Of a stretch of 64,000 nucleotides of DNA, positions 56,994-64,000 are shown piece after piece (position 1 is the first letter of the stretch; each line of letters begins with the position of its first letter). The position numbers and the translations under genes are program-made. The notes below the pieces were generated by a model. It did no database searches, was not told the DNA's origin, and was given only the letters and a program-made list of their open reading frames with translations. The stretch spans positions 252,960,001 through 253,024,000 of the forward strand of contig OZ024741.1 of NCBI GenBank assembly GCA_964016885.1, in the 5' to 3' direction. The DNA comes from Eledone cirrhosa (taxonomy: Eukaryota).

Positions 56994-57285
56994 GAGTTCA
57001 AATCCCGCCGAGGTTAACTTTGCCTTTCATCCTTACGGGGTCGATAAAATAAAGTACCAGTAATGTACTGGGTAATTTTCTGGCCTTGTGCCAATAGTAG
57101 AAACAATTATTGTTCATTATTGTTCTCTGGCTTTGACGCATAGAGTTACAGCCCTTGCCATTCTGAGTTCAAATCCAGCCGAGGTTAACTTTGCCTTTCA
57201 TCCTTACGGGGTCGATAAAATAAAGTACCAGTTATGCACTGGGATAATTGCTGGCCTTGTGCCAAACGTAGAAACAATTATTGTT
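56994..57285 (+). mobile_element. Two tandem SINE family B copies
   Basis: gagttcaaatcc.gccgaggttaactttgcctttcatccttacggggtcgataaaataaagtaccag twice. Confidence 0.85.
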
Positions 57286-57914
57286 CTCTGGCATTTTAGA
57301 GTTTTTTTATTTATATTTATTTTTATTGTTTTCTCATCTTATACTGTATTTCTTATACTGTATTTCATTTTCACCTGAGTTATTCCTCATATAGATATGT
57401 TTTGCCAGTGTTCATTAGATTGCATTGTCTATATAACAACCAGGTTGCTATGATCATAAACATTTGTGAAATCTCCCTGAGAATGTCCTCATATTTTGTG
57501 ACACATGCTGTATTGTATGAAATTGCAATTATGCAATCCCACAAAATTCCTATAAAAAACACACACAGAGTGAGCAAGCAGAATCACTGAAACAAATGTA
57601 GGTATAATAAAATGGTGTATCTTCATCTTTGTTTTGTATATCATTGTTATTGTATTCTGTACCCCTACATTTATATCTCATATTCTGTTACATGTCCATG
57701 AAAATTGATATTCCACCCAAACGAATGGAGTATATTACTGTTGTTCTTAAGGAGAGTGTGGAAATACATTAAGTTCTAAAATTCCAGCAAGACATCATTT
57801 CCCTAGAGCATTTTTTCTTGCACATATATATTATGCATCAAGTACTAGCCTGATTTGTGCTCGTCTCAGTTTCCACACCACAGACAATATATATATATAT
57901 ATATATATATGTAA

Positions 57915-57976
<62 letters not shown>

Positions 57977-57984
<8 letters not shown>

Positions 57985-58185
57985 TAAAATAACAGATTAA
58001 AGTTTAAGCAAAGAATCACTGCTTTCACCCTTAATAACGTTAAGGGTGACAGCAGCGATTCTTTGCTTAAACTTTAATCTGTTATTTTAATAAATATTTA
58101 CTCTACGGTTCATATATATTTGATATATATTTATCCTTATCGAACCCTCTTTGGATTTTAGTCTTCAAACTTATTATTATTACTA
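57977..58185 (+). mobile_element. Fold-back element (hairpin 57977-58097) with a tail shared with 12533-12595
   Basis: atttattaaaataacagattaaagtttaagcaaagaatc...cacccttaa-taacg-ttaagggtg...gattctttgcttaaactttaatctgttattttaataaat. Confidence 0.8.
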
Positions 58186-58424
58186 TATATATATATATAT
58201 ATAATCATCATCGTTTAACATCCATCTTCCACTCTAGCATGGGTTAGACGGTTTTGTTCCATTTGATGCGGGAATGGTCAGAAGACCATGTCTCGCTTGC
58301 ACAGAAGGGTCTCTGGCAGGTTTTTTACAGCTGGATGCCCTTCCCAACACCAACCACATATATATATAAACGGAAAAAATGAAACGAAATTTCATTTCTC
58401 ACTCTTAGTACGGCTGTTACTTAA

Positions 58425-58967
58425 ATATAAGTATGTATACATACATATATGTATACAGACATACAGTAGTATGTATACATATATATACATACATGCACAC
58501 ATATATATATGTACGTATGGATTCACCAAACATTTATTATAATGCTTGGTGTGTTTGTAAACAAACATCCAAATTAAGCCGTACAGTGTCTAGCAACCAT
58601 TGTTGCTCTTTTGTTCAACACTGACAAAGGAACGCTGTACTAGTTTCAAGCTTATTAGCTATCGTCAGCAACGTATACCTTCCTGCCAGATGATTGAACG
58701 TCTAAAAGGTATACGTTGCTGACGATAGCTAATAAGCTTGAAACTAGTGCAGCGTTCCTTTGTCAGTGTTGAACAAATGAGCAACGATGGTTGCTAGACA
58801 CTGTACGGCTTAATTCGGGATGTTTGTTTACAAACACACCAAGCATTATAATAAATGTTCGGTGAATCCATACGTACATATATATATGTGTGTGCATGTA
58901 TGTATGTCTATATACATACTACTGTACGTCTGTATACATATATGTATGTACGTATACATACTTATAT
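58425..58967. repeat. ~255-bp-arm fold-back palindrome with a hammerhead in each arm
   Basis: Arms 58425-58681 / 58706-58967, 24-bp spacer. Confidence 0.92.
58632..58674 (-). ncRNA. Minimal type I hammerhead motif, intact core
   Basis: acgttg-CTGACGA-t-agct-aata-agct-t-GAAA-ctag-TA-cagcgt; the mirror copy at 58713-58755 (+) has GTG at the cleavage site. Confidence 0.8.
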
Positions 58968-59349
58968 ATATATATACATACATAATCATTATCATTTAAC
59001 ATCCATTTTCCTTGCTAGCATAGGTTATATGAGCTGTCCCATTGTGGTGAGACAAGCCAGGTCATAGGACCGTGTTTTGCTCACGCAGAACTGGTTTTGG
59101 CTTGGTTTTATATGGCTGGATGCCCTTCCTAACACCAACCACATTTATAGTGTGTATATATATATATCCCGATTTTTCACTACTATATATATATATATAG
59201 TAGTGAAAAATCGGGAGACTATATCCAAAGTTGGTAGAGCACTTGTCACGGAAGCAAATACTGACCTCGGCTGTACAGAATCCATCCAGCTCATAAATAC
59301 TTCCTTTTTCGCTATATCAATACATGAATTGAATAATCCTTTTTAGGTG

Positions 59350-59660
59350 AACCATGTGTACTCAAGTATGGGGAATTGCTAGGGAATTAACCCTCTCTCT
59401 CTCTCTCTCTCTAAATATATATACAAAAAGTAAACAGAAATAACAAAACAAATGACACAGAATTCAGAAGAAATATATTAGTTTAATTCTTGATATAGTA
59501 GGAAAAAGTCTTAAAATTTCGCACACTAGTTCTTCATCGAGAGATAGAATGAGAAATAAAGGCTGAAATAGAAAGATATAAAGAGAGAAGAGGAAGGAAT
59601 GGAAAAATGTTTTTGAGAAAAAACAATGTGTATTCAGTCAGCCATTTTGAAGAAAAATAG
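59350..59660 (-). mobile_element. Decayed pLTR-like element (degenerate hammerhead 59509-59545)
   Basis: Minus strand tct-ctcgatga-agaactagtgtgc-GAAA-ttt-TA-aga, pyrimidine-rich upstream, TTGAGTAC downstream at 59358-65. Confidence 0.4.
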
Positions 59661-59666
59661 TCATAT

Positions 59667-62600
59667 ATCATCATCATCATCATCAACGTTTAACGTCCGT
59701 GTTCCACGCTTGCATGGGTTTGGACGGGGGTAGTCCCACTTGAGGCAAGAGTGATTGTCTTGCTCGCATAGGACTGTCTGGCAGGTTTTCTACAGTTGGA
59801 TGCCCTTCCTAACACCAACCACATTTACAGTGTGGGTCTGGGAGGTTTTTACCGTGTTGCCTACACGGCCACATTACAGCGTGGACTGTGTGTTTTTTTG
59901 TCGTGACACCTACACGATCTCATTTGTTTCGGCCTGGATGGCGCGGCACCAACATAACTTTACATAGGACGGGGTGGTGTGGATGGGTGGGGGTGGTGGC
60001 GGGACGGGGTGTATTTTGTTAGAGATGCCTACTGGCAAGGCGGGTCTTCTCTGTTACTGAGTACCGCCAAAGGTCTCGGTCCAGTGACATTGTCTTGGAG
60101 AGGTGTAAGTGTGTGAGGTCGGAGTTTATCAGCTCGTCCCAGGTTTTTCTAGGTCTGCCTATTCCGTGGCTACCGTCTATCTTTATTGCCCTGCACTTTG
60201 TTATACAGCTATCGACTTTCATGCGCATCACGTGTCCATACCAACGTAGCCTTCTCTCGAGTAAACAACATCTGATCCCTCTTATCTCTAATTTTTTCCT
60301 TAGTTCGTTTATGCTTTGCCGTTCACGTATATTACTGTTACACATCCAGCGGAGCATGCAAGCTTCGTTCCTCTCTAGTCTGCGTATATCCTCTGCACAC
60401 AATGCCCAGGTCTCACTGCCATGCAACATTGCTGTTCGTATGCAGGCATCGTACAACCTGCCTTTCATTTTTAGGGAGAACCCTTTAGCAGCTAATAGTG
60501 GTATAAGCTCTCTGAACTTTTTCCAACCAGTTCTGACTCTAGCTACAGTACTTTCAGAGCACCCTCCCCCACTGCTGATTTTATCGCCCAGGTAACGGAA
60601 GCTGTCCACTATTTCTATAGAACCCTCTGCGCAATTGAAAGAGCTAGTATTTTGTGGGCACTTGCTGCTACTTATTGCACCAGAACACCGGCCACATGTA
60701 AAATCTATGTTCTTAGTTAGCTTACCTGTGATCCCACTACATCTTTTATGCACCCATACTTTGCATTTAGGACATAAAATGGAGTTTCTACCTACGCCTT
60801 TCCTACACACCGAGCACGACCATTTCCCAGAAGGGACCGCCGCCTTGTTTTCTTTCCTACAAACTAGAACTTTGGTCTTAGCCAGGTTAATTTTAAGTCC
60901 TTTTGACTCTAGGCCGTGTTTTCATGTTTGGAATTTCTTCTCTAGCTCGGCCATTGATTCCGCTATGAGTGTCAGGTCGTCTGCGTATAGGAGTTCCCAT
61001 GGGCAGCCTGTCTTGAACTCCTCTGTTATAGCCTGAAGGGCAATAATAAATAGTAGGGGGCTGAGAACAGAGCCCTGATGGACGCCAACTTTTACACTAA
61101 ACTCTTCACTATATTCGTTGTTAATTCTAACCTTGCTGACTGTTTCTTTATACATGGCTTGTATAGCCCTCACAAGCCATTCGTCAACGCCTAGTTTTCT
61201 AAGAGCCCACCAGATAATGGAGCGGGGGACTCTGTCGAAGGCTTTCTCCAAGTCGACAAAAGCTAAGTAGAGGGGTTTACCTTTAGCTAGGAACTTCTCC
61301 TGTAGTTGTCGTACTATGAAAAGAGCGTCTGTGGTACTTTTGCCTGACACAAACCCGAACTGCATTTCATCTAGGTCAATTCTCTCTCTGATTAGTTGCG
61401 CTATTACTTTTTCCGTGACCTTCATGACCTGGTCGATTAATTTAATGCCTCTATAGTTACTCCTATCTAGGGCGTCTCCTTTACCCTTATAACAGTTAAC
61501 GATGATGCTGCTATGCCAGTCCTTCGGAACAACCCCATTCTGTACGACTTGGTTAACTATGCGGGTGACCATGGTGTGTCCCACCGTGCCAGATGCCTTC
61601 AGCATCTCAGCAACTATTTCCGAAGGCCCAGCCACCTTACCTGTCTTCATATCCTTGATTGCCTTACTTATTATACTCCCCTCGACTAACACTGCTGGTC
61701 CCTCTATTGGGTCGACATGGGGGAGACTGTCTTTCTCCCATTTATTCTCCTCATTTAGTAGCCTTTCATAGTGACACTTCCAAGCTACCTTCTTATCAGT
61801 GTCGGTGATGGCAAGTATGCCATCATCGTTAAGTAGACACTTCTCCCCGACAATATCACGGTTTTCCTTGACGCATTGCCTAGCAATCCTGAACACCTCA
61901 CGTTTTTGGTCATCGCGTTGTAGGACATGCTTGAACTTTCTTTCCTCAGCTTCCCTTCTTGCTAAGTACACTTCTCTCCTAGCTTCCCTCCTGGCCACTT
62001 GATAGTCTACTCTACTTCCCCCATCCCGCCATACTTTCCAAGCCTGCTTTTTGGCCTTAATTGACCCCTCCACCTTACTGTTCCACCACCATGTTACTCT
62101 CCTCCTGCCTACAGGCCTGCTCCAGCCACAGACTTCGTCTGTCGCCAACAGCAGGTTTGCTTTCAGAAATTCCCACTGTCCCTCTATATTGTCCGACTCT
62201 AAATGTTCTTCCTTACTGTCGAAAGCATCAAGTAATATGTTTTGAAATTTATTTTTGGCTGTGGGGTCCTTTAGCTTCCATATTTTTCTCCTGAGGATAG
62301 TCCTCTTCTGCTGTCGAGTACGTCTCGTCCTGACTATGAGGTCGCTAATTATCAGTCTATGTTGGGAGGTGCATTCTTCATGGGGGAGGGATTTAGTGTT
62401 TACAACAGACACTCTGTCACGTCTTCTGGTAAGGATATAATCTACCTGGCTTGTGTGTTCCCCGGATCTATAGGTGATCAGGTGATTGTCACGTTTTTTG
62501 AAGTTAGTGTTACAGATAGTTAGGTTATTTGCATCACAGAATTCCAGGATTCTGGAGCCTTCCTCATTTCTAGTACCAAACCCATAGCCTCCATGGATTT

Positions 62601-63470
62601 CGTCGTAGCCGTCACAATGTTGCCCAACGTGACCATTTAGGTCGCCTGCAATAATTATATAGTCACTGTCAGATATTTGGGAGGTAGTGAGCATCAGTGT
62701 TTCATAGAATCTGTCTTTTATAGTGCCGGGCAGTCCGGATTGGGGTGCGTACGCAGATATTACTGTCACCGTAGTTCTATTGAGGACAAGTCGTATTTTA
62801 ATTATTCTGTCGTTCACTCTATTTACGTCTATTATCTTATCTGCCCACTTTTCTGCTACCATGATTCCTACTCCACCCAGCCCATCGTCGTTTCCCACCC
62901 AGAAAAGCTTATAACATCGTTTTTTACCCTCAATGAATCTAGCAGACCCACCCCTCCACCTGGTCTCTTGAATACAACAAACATCGACCTCCTTACGTTC
63001 AAGCATTTCTACAACCTCGTTAGCGCGACCCTTTAGGGTGCCTACATTTATGGTACCAACTCTGGGGTTTTGGATCGCGTTTGGAGGGCGGGGGGTGGTG
63101 GGGGGCGGGGGGAGATGGGGTTATGTTAGCCATCCGCGGGCGAAACAAAGAAGAGTGCTCGCATTCTCGTCCACGAGGTGAATTTGACTTTAACATTGGC
63201 ATTTTCGCTCTGAGCGTCCAGATTTTTCTCTCCCTTCCACTCTCCAGGATTCCGCAGTCCGTCCATCCATCCATCTATCCATCATATATCGAAGGCAACC
63301 GTGCAAGCGATAGTATAGGCCTCTGGCTTATGATTGGTCCGCGTAATAATAATAATGGTGATGCGTGGGGGGGGGGGGTCTCTGGCTTATAATAATAATG
63401 GTGATACGTGTGGGGGGGGTCTCTGGCTTATGATTGGTCCACGTATTAAGAATGGTGGTGTGTGGGGTAG
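59667..63470 (-). mobile_element. RTE-clade LINE, near full-length
   Basis: (gat)n tail, 3' UTR, complete APE-RT region, GC-rich 5' UTR with short tandem repeats; 5' boundary approximate. Confidence 0.93.
60019..63133 (-). pseudogene. RTE APE-RT-PHD ORF interrupted by a premature stop
   Basis: RVGTINVGTL, CIQETRW, SAYAPQ, GDLN (APE) and full RT motifs. TGA at 60922-24 where the other copy has TGG. The candidate ATG at 63133 is out of frame across a C-rich run. Confidence 0.88.
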
Positions 63471-63757
63471 CTAACTGGAAGGTTATGAATGTTTAACAGC
63501 GAGTAACAAAAAGCAAAACTGCAAGATTTGTTCTGTTCAATACGACAAAAACACCTTAATAAATAACCTTAATAAATAACAAAAAATACAGATTTCGGAT
63601 TTTGCGAGATTGGATGTTTGGACTATGTACGAAATTGTGGTGTGTGGAGTAGATAGGAAAAACGTGAACGTTACGATTACATGGTTACACCGTAGTAGGG
63701 ATAGTTGAAGCAGCAATTGTTTGGCGAAAGTGAATAAACATGAACGGGAATTTATCT

Positions 63758-63790
<33 letters not shown>

Positions 63791-63823
63791 AGCTAAGAGA
63801 GAGAGAGAGAGAGAGTGGGAAGG

Positions 63824-63860
<37 letters not shown>

Positions 63861-64000
63861 TGACCGCAACCCCTCGTGAAGAAGATGGTGGGTGAAGGGT
63901 GTATGAGCGGGATTTTTTGACTTTCGAGGTAGCATGGTATATATATTTAAAGTAAATTATAAGAAGTAGAATGGGAAGGATTTTGTTTTTTTGTTTTTTT

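Noticed and set aside
63120-63260. HDV-like ribozyme in the RTE 5' UTR (tggCTAA motif, cacctcgtg hairpin)
   Set aside because: Could not build P1/P1.1/P2 pairings by hand; needs a descriptor search.

Overview
AT-rich, repeat-saturated eukaryotic DNA, most consistent with a coleoid cephalopod such as an octopus (inferred from the repeat types). No confident host gene is visible; almost all ORFs in the track are microsatellite translations. Real coding content is retrotransposon-derived. There are two near-identical RTE-clade LINE copies (APE-RT with an inserted PHD finger) in convergent orientation: 43928-46967 (+, 5'-truncated, ORF open) and ~59667-63470 (-, near full-length, one TGG>TGA stop). 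Older RTE fragments are also present. Non-autonomous elements include tRNA-derived SINEs (one family shares its 3' tail with the RTE LINE), two Helitron-type elements (one with its empty site preserved nearby) and MITEs. The most striking signal is a set of about 20 short, mostly mutually unrelated inserts in (TA)n tracts. They carry type I hammerhead ribozyme motifs (CUGANGA...GAAA...UH; several intact, others decayed or halved), often a downstream TTGAGTRC motif, and many occur as long fold-back palindromes whose axis lies in or beside the ribozyme. This fits a diverse population of Penelope-like pLTR/retrozyme elements. All ribozyme calls come from manual pairing only; activity is untested.
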